This document shows, piece after piece, positions 49,121 to 61,539 of a stretch of 64,000 nucleotides of DNA. A program made the position numbers and the translations under genes. This DNA is from Scyliorhinus canicula. Taxonomy: Eukaryota. The DNA is taken from the NCBI RefSeq assembly GCF_902713615.1, contig NC_052149.1, positions 157,976,379 through 158,040,378 of the forward strand, written 5' to 3'. The number at the start of each line of letters is the position of its first letter. The stretch's first letter is position 1. A model generated the notes under the pieces. It worked only from the letters and a program-made list of their open reading frames with translations. It searched no databases and was not told the origin of the DNA.

Positions 49121-49706
49121 CTCTTCTCTGTTGCGAATCGGACCCATTTTTCACTGAATCGGTCGTGTTCAACGTAGTTACTGAAACAGAGAATCCCGTT
49201 GCAGGAGCGTGGAGCTGAAGTGTGGCCAGAATGTGAGGAGCAACCCCATCAAATACCAAAAAGGAGCTGCAACCTTGCATCATCTATATCTACCAGGAAC
49301 ACGATTCCTTAAGGCAACATGAAATACAGGAGAGTCGCATTTCATACAAATTAAATAAAGTAATTATCTAATTGACAGTCCCCTGCAGGGGCCCTGTGAC
49401 AAAAGGACAAAATTTTAAAGAAAACTTTACAAATCAAATTGAAATGTTGGGCGTGATCAATCCAAATGGGAACAGAGTCTGTGACGCGTGGGATTAGCCG
49501 GATGTTTCCTGGTGCTCCGAGCGCCAGGAAACCACGCTATCGAACACCCAATGCACAGTCAACGTCGCACTTAGTCCCGTTTTCTGCACTGAGAAGCTCC
49601 GCTTGCTGGAACGCCTCAGAGCAGAAGGAGATTGGGACGCCATTTCCCGACCTTTCGACCCGCCCCAACACGGCTGCCCGAACCCCCCAAGCCCCAACCC
49701 ACGTAT

Positions 49707-49853
49707 NNNNNNNNNNNNNNNNNNNNNNNNNNNNNNNNNNNNNNNNNNNNNNNNNNNNNNNNNNNNNNNNNNNNNNNNNNNNNNNNNNNNNNNNNNNNNN
49801 NNNNNNNNNNNNNNNNNNNNNNNNNNNNNNNNNNNNNNNNNNNNNNNNNNNNN
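49707..49853. other. Assembly gap (147 N)
   Basis: Run of n. Confidence 0.99.
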
Positions 49854-49902
49854 ACACCGGGCACCCCCAGGCCCCATCTACATCACGGATTACCCTGATA
49901 CC

Positions 49903-50196
49903 CTGCAGGATGTCTCAAAACCAGCTGAATGTAGCACTGGTCTCGAAGCCATGAGGTGCGCTCTTCATTTGGAGAGAACCGTAAATCAGTCTCCCTCGGG
50001 CCTGCATAAACTGGCTTCTGACAAGATCAATGCACAAATGTGTGACTTTCTGGAGACTCACTTCTTGGATGAGCAGGTCCAGGCTATCAAGAAGCTTGGC
50101 GATTTCATCACTAACCTGATCCATTTGGGGAGCCTCCAGAATGGCATGGCAGACCATCTGTTTGGCCAGCTTAGCCTGGAAGAGAGCAATAGTTAA
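49903..50196 (+). pseudogene. Ferritin (heavy/middle-type) processed pseudogene, C-terminal half
   Basis: LQDVSKP..GLEAMRCALHLERTVNQS..LHKLASDK..QMCDFLETHFLDEQVQAIKKLGDFITNL..GMADHLF; no intron before CDF. Confidence 0.85.
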
Positions 50197-50197
50197 A

Positions 50198-50527
50198 CGG
50201 GGCCTCACGGTAGTATGGTGGTTAGCATCAATGCTTCACAGCTCCAGGGTCCCAGGTTCAGTTCCCGGCTGGGTCACTGTCTGTGTGGAGTCTGCACGTC
50301 CTCCCCGTGTGTGCGTGGGTTTCCTCCGGGTGCTCCGGTTTCCTCCCACAGTCCAAAGATGTGCGGGTTAGGTGGATTGGCCATGCTAAAATTGCCCGTA
50401 GTGTAAGGTTAATGGGGGGATTGTTGGGTTACGGGTTACATGGGTTTAAGTAGGGTGATCATTGCTCGGCACAACATCGAGGGCCGAAGGGCCTGTTCTG
50501 TGCTGTACTGTTCTATGATCTATGATC
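50198..50527 (+). mobile_element. HE1-like SINE directly after the ferritin stop codon
   Basis: cggggcctcacggtag...gtgtggagtctgcac...(ctatgat)n-like tail. Confidence 0.85.
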
Positions 50528-51399
50528 TACCCACCACCTGGAGATTAACAGTGCGCTCATATTTCCACCATTTTCTGTACTTTCACTGCTTTTTCACTTG
50601 TTGGGTGATGATGTTTGTCTACCTTTTTAAATTTGAATCAGTTTTTGATGCTATCTTTAGTGGAGTATTAACTTGGATGTGAATTAAACTTGTATATATG
50701 GGAATGTTAAGATCAATGTTCTGAACTGGAATTTTTCTATCAAACTTCCAAATTGTAAAACTATATGTGGCACAACTGGGTTGAGAAAATAAGTGTTGTC
50801 AAGTGTTAAAAAAACACAGACTGCGTCATGAATCAATAGGGGGCTGCAGGTTTAGATCCGAGCTACACTGTTAGTTTGTAATCTTAGTTTGCAATTAGGG
50901 AAGGAGAGGTATTTAAATTAGTAGAGATGATTGTCCAACATAATATCCTGAAACGTGAGAACATGTAGCATGGTGATAATACATACCGGTAAATAAATTT
51001 TGCAAACACTAACATGAGTGCACTTGACCCATTTTCATGCTTGTATTTGAATCCATCTGGAATTTAATATTTCTGTAATATTTACAGAAAATGATCATTA
51101 CAACATAACAGAGGAAACAGCTTTATTGTGGATGATGAAGTCACATTTGTGGTTATCACCCTTTGCAAGAAAAAAAACAGATAGATAGCAATGTTGGGGT
51201 AGGGACTGGGTGATACTTTGATTGCTGCTAATGACATTTATGGAAATGCTTAATGGCCATAATCATTAATGCTTGAACAATATGAGAGGCATCTGTAGAT
51301 GGGGAATAAAGTGAAATTCATGTTTAAAAAGAAAGTGCTTTTGGGATCTTGATTTTAGCGCTGCGCTACTGGTAGTGAACTGTTTAATGTGTTTGTTTC

Positions 51400-51600
51400 T
51401 TTTTGTTTAAATTTACCCAATTTATTTTTTGATTAAGGGGCAATTTAGCGTGGTCATCTTTTTGGGTTGTGAGAGTGAGACCCAAGCAGACATGGGGAGA
51501 ATGTGCAAACTCCACAAGGACAATGACCCGGGGCTGGGTTCGAACCCGGGTGCTCAGTGCCATGAGGCAGCAATGCTAACCATTGGGCCACCGTGCTGCA
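51400..51600 (-). mobile_element. HE1-like SINE fragment
   Basis: ggggcaatttagcgtgg...tgtgcaaactccac...ttcgaaccc. Confidence 0.75.
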
Positions 51601-52029
51601 GTGCCGCCCTAAAATTAAGTTACTCTCTGCACAGGTGATATGGTTGGGGTTAAGTTCAGCTCACTATTTATAGCTAACTGCAATGGTTACTGTGTTTGTG
51701 CTAAACTGCCATGAGCTATTTTTAGTCTACTTCATAACAGGTTCATGTTAAATTCCTGTTCGCATAGTCTTTAGCCAATATACTTCCGCTAAACTCCTGT
51801 CTGTGGCACTTTTATGCAATCAGTAACCCACTTGTCAGACGAGTGCCTTGGTGAATTGATGCTGTTTACACTGACAGTGTGATTTCTGATAAATTGGCTT
51901 TGGTAATTTAAAAAGATCAACATTCTTCACATAAGAACACAAATTTCAGCATCTTGATAACATTAAATGTGCCACTGAAAGTGGGTTGAGGTAATTTTTG
52001 TGCCCTAATTTGTTAGTTTGTTTCCTAAC

Positions 52030-53762
52030 AATTTGGAATTAATCACCAGACACAATTTAACGGAAAGGTTTCTAAGTGTGGTAGCGAGATAGACCTGCTG
52101 CGAGCTTTGCAAGGCTCAACCCGGCCAGGCCGTCACGGCATCAAATGTTAATTGGTCCTCTTAACGAGGCCCCACGGGTATCACAGCGCAAATCATTGTC
52201 CCTCCAGCTGATTCGCCGGGACCATGCCCACCAGCTCCCCACTCACAAGGGGGAGCAGCATTTATTCCGATCTTGCAAAGCAAACCCCACAAAGATCGCA
52301 GCCATGCCATCGAGGAGACCAGACCCATGATTTGGAGATGCCAACCAGGCCAGATGGTTGAACGCGGTCGAGTCCAAACATGATGCCATGTTCCCCCAAG
52401 AGGTTTGAAGGGTCAGCCACAGAGCAGCCTGGGAAGAAGTGACAATGGCTGTCAGCTTAGGGAGCATCACCAGGAGGACTGGCACCCAGTGCCATAAGAA
52501 GATCAACTCGCTCCACCGGGTCACACAGGTGGAATGGCACCGATCCCCACTTGTCACCTTCCCCCTGATGATCATACACATGGCACCACCCCACCCATAC
52601 CGTGCCCTGGCCCACCTATGCCCAATAGTGCTGTCCACACCTGAACCCCCTACGATGCACGAAGTGTGTAGTTCACGATGCCCTCCCCACAGAAGAAGTC
52701 GATCCACAACAGATGGGAGAGGGCCCGGATGGGTAGTAGGGTGTTGGACATCAGAGTCCTCACACCCTATGAGGAACGGATCCCAGAGGTCATGGGGGTG
52801 ACCGAGGACAGGTCGTTCACTGACGTAGAGGTTGGCATATGGCGCAGAGGTGAGAATCCACCGGTCCACACCCCAGATGACCTGTCACACGTGAGTTGGC
52901 CATGCCGGACAGAATGATCCTTCCCTCCTACATGTCCATTTCCCTGCAGGATCATCGCCCAAAGGTGCCAGCCCCCCCCACCTCTACCTCCCCTCCCCCT
53001 GCCTCCCAAGAGAAAACCTCAGAGGGGAACTCTTAGGAGACCACCATTGATGCATCACAGCTGTCAATCCCACCCTCCACCAGTAGAGACTCACACCTTG
53101 GTGGGCGAAAGTGGTGGTCAAGCTTCCTGGACACAATCTGGTGAGCACCACATGGTTGCTGATGCACATCAGCTGGAGGCTGGAATGTCTAAGGAGAGAC
53201 AGCAGTCGGAGGTCTGCTGGATCCCAGAACCCAGCCAGATGCTGAACCTCTGGACCAGGTTTACCTGAAGCTGATGCAGAATTTGGGCACAATCTACCGG
53301 CCGCATTATGCCGGAAAAGCAGTACGGCTCGACTTGAGCGGGAGCTGCCGGAAGATCCCTCTTCCGGGGTCTACCCGGCTCGCCACACCTTGTCGTATCC
53401 AACGTGATCTTGCGAGATATTGCGATGTGAACCCCGCCCATTGTGGGCAGATCACTTTTTAGCAAATCTGCATGTTGGAACGAGACAACTAGTCTCACTC
53501 TAATAAACATTCCCACGATCTAACCAATGGCAGCCCGATCTCCTCCTGCACTGAGGGTTCCGGCAGCAGATCTCCTCAGTGCAGAAAATGGAACAAAGGG
53601 CGGCTGCTTCGTGGACTGCCCCACTGAGGCCTGACTCTACACGAATTGGGACAGAGTCCCGTTCGATAGCGTGGGGGTTTCTCGGTGCTGTGAGTGCCGG
53701 CTTAACACCCGGCTTAATGCCCTTGTTGTGGGACTCTGTTCCCATTTGGGTAGATCGTGCCC
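52030..53762 (+). mobile_element. Harbinger-derived element with Myb/SANT gene remnant
   Basis: AWEEVTMAVSLGSITRRTGTQCHKKINSLHR; intron-like GT..AG boundaries; ends gatcgtgccc. Confidence 0.65.
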
Positions 53763-53764
53763 CT

Positions 53765-54102
53765 TTGTATTTTTGTCTTGGGAATTCCTCAATGTTTGAT
53801 TGACTGTTGTTTATCCTACCAACTGTCCTGGCTTGAGACAATTCACATCTCTTTAACCTAGGGTTACCCCTATCTCTGGATCTGTAAAGACTTGATTACC
53901 TGCAAATGCTCGCATTCCAAGCATTGTCTGGCATCTTCGAATTTGTCTATATATATGTTTCTGGAACATACCTCTTCATTCACCTGAGGAAGGAGCAGTG
54001 CTCCGAAAGCTAGTGATTTGAAACAAACCTGTTGGACTTTAACCTGGTATTGTAAGACTTCTTACTGTGCTCACCCCAGTCCAACGTCGGCATCTCCACA
54101 TC
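53765..54102 (+). mobile_element. Penelope-like element 3' UTR / pseudo-LTR fragment
   Basis: Contains a hammerhead; terminal ggtattgtaagact...ccccagtccaacg.cggcatctccacatc shared with 28619-28680. Confidence 0.7.
53980..54016 (+). ncRNA. Minimal type I hammerhead ribozyme
   Basis: UCAC-CUGAGGA-A-GGAGC-agu-GCUCC-GAAA-GCUA-GUGA: intact core, 5-bp stem II, 4-bp stem I, palindromic AGCU in helix III. Confidence 0.8.
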
Positions 54103-54502
54103 GTTGTTTTCATGGTGAGATTCTGCCACCTGGTGGCTCAACTGAGAGCTCTCTGCACTTATTCAGGGTAATTGTTATACTAAGTATAATAAAATCATAA
54201 CCTTTTCCCTCCCTTTCTGTTCACTCCCTCGCCCCCAACCTATTGATCAAGAATGGTTTTGCTGTGCACAAAGTGGAAATGTTCCTCATGGAGAATTTAG
54301 GCATATTTACTTGATCAGGCACTAGATGTTCATTTACCATAAAGGGTAGATGACCCAACATTTCAACATCAATGGTATTATTTCTTGCATTTCATTACGT
54401 TTTCCAAAAGGTTAGTCATTTGAAAAAAGTGAAAGGTGGAATTGGATAATTAAGAGTTTTTGGACAGTAAATGTAGATTAATTATTTGTCAATTCGGTTT
54501 AT

Positions 54503-54675
54503 AGGGGCTGGTTTAGCTCACAGGGCTAAACGCTGGCTTTTAAAGCAGACCAAGCAGGCCAGCAGCACGGTTCAATTCCCGTGCCAGCCTCCCCGGACAG
54601 GCGCCGGAATGTGGCGACTAGGGGCTTTTCACAGTAACTTCATTGAAGCCTACTCGTGACAATAAGTGATTTTCA
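54503..54675 (+). mobile_element. Short tRNA-derived SINE
   Basis: ggggctggtttagctcac head and family tail. Confidence 0.85.
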
Positions 54676-55099
54676 TATGATAATCTGTGCTTTTTGCTAT
54701 TTTAAGTTTACTGTTAGTAAATTAACTTTCCAGTAATAGAAGAAACTTAGTGAGGCTGATATAAAACAATATATAAATGAATGTGTTACTGCATTTGGTG
54801 TAATTCTGTTGAAACTAAACCTAGAGATCTTATCCTCCACCTTCCATTCATTTCAACTTTCTCACACAATTCTGCCACATGTTTGTAGTCAGTGTTGTTT
54901 TGACCCTGTTTATGTTGACGTCCCTCCTATGCTTTGAAATGTAAGCTCCTCATCCAGTGTGCAAATGCCTGCGGTCAGAACTCTCACTATCTGTTGTAAT
55001 GAATGTAAAAATTGTTACATATTATATTTTATATCTGTTGCAGTAATCTTTTGAAAAGCCTGGGTTCAGATATATATTTGTTGCATTTTAATATGCATT

Positions 55100-55705
55100 C
55101 GAAGGATCCTCCCGGCGCGCGGAACCCAACAGCCATGCCTGTAAGACAGGTGCCTGGGGCACAGTTTAGTACTAGTTTCCACCAACGTGGATTAGTTGTA
55201 ATGGCACCTGGGGGTTGGGGGGGGGGTGGTCTACCAGACCATTAGAGACCCCCGGATGGTTAGGAACAGGGCAGGATGGCACCCTGGCACACCTACACCT
55301 GGCACCATGGCAGTACCAGCCTGACACTTTCAGGGTGCCCAGGTAGCACTGCCAGACTGATGGGTGCCTGGTTGGCACTGCCAGGGATCAGGCAGATGGA
55401 GGGGGTGGTGATCCCAGGGGCCTCCTCACAGTTGTGGCGGCAGGGGGGTTTGGAAATGGGGAAGGGGATACTGAGGTGGGGGGGGGGGGGGTGGGGGGGG
55501 GCAGAGGGCAGCCAGACAAAATGGTGCTCCAATCTGCGAGGAGCCAATTCTAAGTGCGGCCTTGGCAGAGAGACACTCCCGTGGCCAAAAAAAAGACAAT
55601 GTGTCGTTAAGTAGTGGGGTGTTTTATGGAGCTGCAGCCGCCGAAACCATCCCATTAAACATGCCCAAAACCGGACATAGATTTTGTTCTGGTTAAATAG
55701 TGCCC
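55100..55705. mobile_element. Harbinger-like MITE remnant
   Basis: tggcac/gtgcca repeats as at 26240-26360; ends gttaaatagtgccc. Confidence 0.5.
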
Positions 55706-55949
55706 ATTATTAAATAGCTTAAAATATCCAGATGGTGTGCCTGCCAAAGTTATAATTAAGGAGTCGTAAAATGTGATGTGATGATTGATTCCAACCACCT
55801 TCTTGGTTACAGATAAAAGGCTATTGGAATATAGTTATGATTGGTACCTGGCGAGTAGATCATGTATGAGGGGTTGTATTTAGTCACAAGCAGGTCATTA
55901 AAGAAAGTGATGAATGGCATCCAACTGGAATAAAACCTTTATTGACCCT

Positions 55950-57470
55950 CTCAGGGAACATTGAATCTTTTCCAATCGCAGGAATTCTGCCAGGTCACCC
56001 AACCATGCCAAGGCCCTGGGCTGTACCGCTGACCTTCATCCTAGCAGGACTCGCCTCTGGGCCACCAAGGAGGCAAAGGCCAAGATTTCAGCCTTTTCCC
56101 CCCCTCAAGGAGCTTTTGGGAGTCTGACACCCCAAAGATCGCCACCAGCGGACATGGCTCTAGTTTGACCCAAAAGATCTCCAACATGACCTTAAAAAAC
56201 GAGACCCAGAACCCAATTAGCTTGGGGCAGGGTCAGAACATGTGTGAGTGATTCACAGGCTCCCTGAATAACACTCACACCTGTCCTCCACTCCAGGGAC
56301 GAACCCACTCATACGCGTTAGTTAAGTGCACTGTATGTACTACTTTAAACTGTATTAGGCTCAACCTACCGCAGGAGGAGATAAAATTCACCCTACGCAA
56401 GATCTCACTCCTCACCCCTCCCTGTAGCCCAGGCCCAGGTCTTCTTCCCACTTCTCCTTCACCTCTTCTACTGATGGTTTCCCTCCTCCAGCAAACACCA
56501 TGCGGGTGGCACGTGGCACAGTGAGCTACACGGTGGCACAGTGGGCAGCATGGCGGCACAATGGTTAGCACTGCTGCCTCAATGTACCAGGAACCCGGGT
56601 TCAATTCCAGCTTGGGTCACTGTCTGTGTGGAATTGCACGTTCTCCCCTTGTCTGCGTGAGTTTCGTCCGGGTGCTCCAGTTTCCTCCCACAGACCAAAG
56701 ATGTGCAGTTATGTGGATTGGCCATGATAAATTGCCCCTTAGTGTCCAGGGCTGTGCAGCCTACGTTATGGGAGTACGGGAATAGGAGGGAAGTGGGTTG
56801 GTAGATGCTCATTTGAAGGGTCGGTGCAGACCCGATGGGTCGATGGCCTTCTGCACTGTCAGGATTCAATGATTCTATGATATCGGAGATCTTCTCTGGC
56901 CCAATCTCATCCCATGATAGCATTCTATCTATCAGTGTGTGTCTAGGCATCAGGAGGAACAAAGGCAGCTCTTTATGAATAGAGTTCCTCACCTGCAAAA
57001 TACCCTTGAGAGTTTAAATTTCTCCTCCACCTTCTCTAGACCCTCAAACGTACGTTCCACAAATGAATCCCTGAACCTCTCAACCCCCTTTTTCCTCCAG
57101 ATCTTGTACATCGTGTCCAGCCCAGATGGTGCAAACCTATGACTGGTGACAGGACATATTGCCCAGTTCAAAATGTTGCCTAAACTAGTTCCAAATTCTT
57201 AAACATGCCACCACCAGTGGGCTTGTTGAGAGTCTGGCCAGGGAGAATGAATGAGGGGCTGTAACCAGTGCCCTTAGAAAATGACTCTGCACAAGAGGCC
57301 TCCTCCATCCATCTCCACCCCGCACCCAGCATCTCACACCATCTTTGCACTTTCCCAATGTTCGCCATCCAGTAAAAGAGCATTAGGTTTGGGAGCTGAT
57401 TGTCACCATCTCAGCAGGAAGGCTCTTTTTATCCTGGGAGTTTTTCCTGCCCAGAAAAAAGGCAGCGATT
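55950..57470 (-). mobile_element. Decayed L1 ORF2 3' fragment with nested SINE (~56543-56880 plus)
   Basis: RRVNFISSCGRLSLIQFKVVH; IWRKKGVERFRD; YWMANI; homologous to 16830-17470 and 60600-61400. Confidence 0.75.
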
Positions 57471-57819
57471 AATCTATCAATCCCAGCAAAAAAAGATTTA
57501 GAGATAAATATTGACCAATGCACTAGAAATAACTCCCTGCACTTCTTTGAAATCATGCCGTAGGATTGTTCATGTATGAGGATGGACCGGGCTCAGTTTA
57601 ATCTCTCACCCGAAAGACAGCACCTCCGACTGTTCAGCGTTCCTCAGTACTTCATTGGAGTGTCATCTTGAATTTTTGTGCTCAAGTCCTGGACTGGGAG
57701 TTGAATCCAAAACCTTTTGACTTGGAGGTGAGGGTTCTATCAGCTAATTAGCCACAGCAGGCACCCAATTGCTGCACTATTTATATGTTTCTCTGAAATT
57801 GGCCTCCAGAATTGCTTGT

Positions 57820-58582
57820 CTATCTCCTCACCAACTGCCCTGTACTCCTCCCCTGAAGGCGTTGATGGGTGAAGTTATAACCTTCACATGCCAAATCATT
57901 CCCCAAAAGTAAATCTACTCCAATCACTGGGAATTTCTTAACCATCCTGACAAGTACTGGACCTGACACTAAATCACACTTCAATTGTACTTCATACAAT
58001 GGAACTGGGATATAATCTCCACCCATCCCATTCACTAGTACTTTAGCTTCCATTGAGATCACTGGAGAGAAAACTAAATCCTCCAGTAAGAGAGTCTGAG
58101 TAGCACCTGTGTCCCTTAAGATAGTTATGGGTTTGGCTACATTAGTTGAGGAAAATGATGTGATCTTTCCCTTCGACAAAATCCCTGCATACCTCTCCTC
58201 TACCTGATTCATCATACCTGCTCCCACAGCAATGTTTACCACAGGTCTCTTCAGTCCAGTTAGCTCGACTGTTTGCCCTGTAGTATTCTCCACTTTTATT
58301 TCCTTTTCAGAATCCTCTTTATGAACTCCTTGCAACTTCCAACATGCTGAACGAACGTGACCCACCTTATTACAATGGCAACACCTAGGCATTCGAGGCT
58401 CATCTTCTCCTTCCTTGTCTGAGGAGGAGATATCGGAATATTCCCAGCTATCCATTCCTTACTTTGGCTATCTGCCTATTTTTCACCTTCCCACTTCCTA
58501 TCCTTTTCAAAATTATGGGGGTGACGGAACAAAGGTTTAAATTCATGGATTAGCTCATAATCATCAGCCATAATTGCTGCCC
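57820..58582 (-). mobile_element. Gypsy (Gmr1-like) gag-protease fragment
   Basis: AAIMADDYELIH; CCHCNKVGHVRSAC; ILRDTGATQTL; LLGNDLA; paralogous to 40245-41181. Confidence 0.8.
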
Positions 58583-58930
58583 CTAAACAGATCCAAAAAC
58601 TCAATTACACCACATCCAATTTCTGTCTTTTAACAAAGGATTCTGTCTTTCCAGGTGCGTAAAATAAATAGTCCTTTCTCTTGAAGGTTACTTTAAGCCA
58701 AGCATGACAGACCACACCAAACCGGATTATGCTTTTATACAATGTGGTCTTGGCTTTGTTAAACACTGCCCTCTTCTTTGCCAGCTCCGTTTCCATGTCT
58801 TGGTAGGACCTGATGGTGTGGCCTTCCTGTTTAAAGTCACAATGCTCCTTCGCCCAGCTCAGAACCCTCTCTTTCTCCATGAAGTTATGAAACTTTGTTA
58901 TCACTGCATGCGGTGGGCTTGGTTTAATTC

Positions 58931-61539
58931 TTTTTTTTTTAATTTATAAAAAAATATTTCTTTATTCTCCTCCTTTTTCACATTTTCTCCCAAATTTACA
59001 CCCACCAAGTATAAACAATAATCAGTAATAAACAATAATCAGTAACAAATATGTCAATCCCCATATCGATAACAATTATCCCATCCTCCCACTAAACCCA
59101 AAACATTTGCCCACATGTTCACATAAACAACTAACAAAAAGGAATCAGGAATCCCCCATGGCCACCATTAACACCCACCGTCCCCCACCCCCCAACTAAT
59201 GTTCGATATTATCCAGTTCGTGAAAGTGCATAATGAATAATGCCCATGATTTGTAGAACCCCTCCATCCTTCCCCTCAGTTCAAACTTAACCATGTCAAG
59301 AGTCAAGAATTTCAACAGGTCCCCCCCCGCCACGCCAAGGCACAGGGTGGAGAGGCTGCTCTCCAACCCATCAGGATCCGCCTTCGGGCAATCAACGAGG
59401 CGAAGGTGTAGCCACTGAAGTTGGCCATTTCCCTGAATACAAAATGGAGGAACGCAAAGCATACAGGATAAAATGGACAATGTTTGCAGCCCCAGCAGGC
59501 TGCACCTAGCAGGTGTGGATTCTGTCTGCTAAGAAAGCAGAGAGCACCGAAACGAACATTCCGCATACTAATGAGGCAATCACCGGGATAATTAGCATGT
59601 TAATGGAACGATTCCAGAGACGATGGACATAATTGGGGAAGCAGCTGCAACATTGTAAAGGATACCAGACACTCAGGCACCAGCAAGGTTCGAAAACAAA
59701 GAGCCTGAAGGCCCGCCCAGTAGCTAAGGAACAGCCTCAGTATTGGGGGGATTCAAACATATCAATTGGGAAGATACTCAATCGATTCCAAGCAGGTAAG
59801 GGAGTCCGCCCAAAGGGGCGCGGATCCCTGGTACCTATAAAAGACAGGTCCCACACATGGTTCAGTCTTCTCGTCCAGCCCTTCTCTCTCTTTGACTAGC
59901 ACTCCTCCGTGGACCAGCGCCTCGACCAGCTTTTGCCAAGAAGACCTTGAACGAGAGAGAGGAGAGGGTTCGGACAGCAGCCGCCAGCAAGTAAGTGCCT
60001 CACAGCGATCGCTACCAAAGATAGGCACTCCTGACCCCTTTTAACTTATACCAACCTGAAGTCTGCAGACCAGAGCAGAGCAAGAGGCCTTGTTCCCTGA
60101 CCCGGCAGTTCCTTCGAGATAAGTATTAGTTTATTTAGTGGTAGGAATAAGTTTAATCCTTTTAGCGTGTGCATAGGTAGTTATTATAATTGTATTATAA
60201 TAAACTCAGTTGTTTGGACTTACTAATTGGTGTATGGTTTTATTGCTTTGAACTTCATCTTGACCTTGTGGCGGTGTCTTAACAATATCTGGCAACTCCA
60301 GAGCTAAGTAAAGAAACAGCCAAATTGAGTGTTAAGCACACTCACCCAGAATGACCAACAAAGGCTGCAACACCTGCCTCCTCATCCGTTTCCAATCCTG
60401 GCTGATCCAACACCCTGAATATGGCCTCCCAGGGGCCTGGGTTCAGTTTCACGTGCACCACTTTAGAAATTTTCCTAAAAACCTCCTTCCAGTAATCCTC
60501 TAGCTTTGGACAGGACCAAAACACATGAATGGGGTTAGCGCCCCCCCCCCCCCCCCCCCCCCCCCCCGCCGCCCCCCCGCAACGTTCATACACATCTTCT
60601 ACTCCTTCAAAGAATCGGCTCATCCTCGCCCTTGATGTGCGCTCTGTATACCACCTTCAGCAGTATCAGCCCCAACCTCGCGGACGAGATGGAGGCAGTC
60701 ACTCTCCGGAGCACCTCATACCAGAACCCCTCCTCCATATCCTCTCCCAACTCTTCCTCCCACTTTGCTTTGATCCCTTCCAGCTGTGCCTTCTCCTCCT
60801 CCAAAATAGCTCCGTAGACCGCTGACACTACCCCCTTCTCCAGTCTCCCTGTCGTAAGCACCTCCTCCAGCAATGTGGAGGCCAGCTCCTCTGGGAAGCT
60901 CTGTATCTCCTTTCTGGCAAAATCACTAACCTGCATGTATCTAAACAGTTCCCCCTGCTCCAGCCCATACTTCGCTTCCAGCTCCTTAAATCCTGCAAAC
61001 CGACTCCTTAGAAACAAATCCTTTAGTGTCTTAATCCCCTTCTCCTCCTATTTCCGAAAATTTCCATCCCACCTCCCTGGCTCAAATCTGTGGTTCTACC
61101 GAATCGGCATTTCCCTTGACCCTGTCCCCAACCCGAAGTGTTGGCGAAACTGCCTCCAAATTTTCAATGAAGCTATTATTACCGGACTCCCTGAGTACTT
61201 CCCCGGGGCTATCGGTGCTTTCAATCCCGACCCCCTGCCTAAACTCTCCTTCATTCTGACCCACTGGGAATTAACCCCTCTGACCCAGCTCTGCACCTTC
61301 TCCACATTCGCCGCCCAGTAGTAATCGCTTAAGGTTCGGTAGACCCAAACCCCCTCCCTGCCTTCCCCTCTGTAGTAGCACCTTTCTAACTCTGGCCACC
61401 TTCCCTCCCCATATGAACAACGTAATCCTTCCCTCAATCTCTCTGAAAAAAACCTTTGGCAGGAAAATCAGCAGGCATTGAAAAATAAAGAGAAATCGTG
61501 GCAACACGTTCATTTTAATCGCCTGTTCCCGATCCGCCA
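58931..61539 (-). mobile_element. 5'-truncated L1 (ORF2 3' end) containing a solo LTR
   Basis: Poly-T at 58931; 18-bp TSD GTGGGCTTGGT(T/C)TAATTC (58913-58930, 61540-61557); MNVLPRFLFIFQCL; GGLGLPNL; HVFWSCPKL. Confidence 0.88.
59407..60360 (+). mobile_element. Solo LTR
   Basis: TGTAGCCAC...ACCAACA; 4-bp TSD AAGG (59403-59406, 60361-60364); TATAAAA at ~59836; AATAAA at ~60199. Confidence 0.88.

Noticed and set aside
49466-50196. Long ORFs spanning the N-run
   Set aside because: Artefacts of translating through the gap; only the part from ~49903 is ferritin-like.
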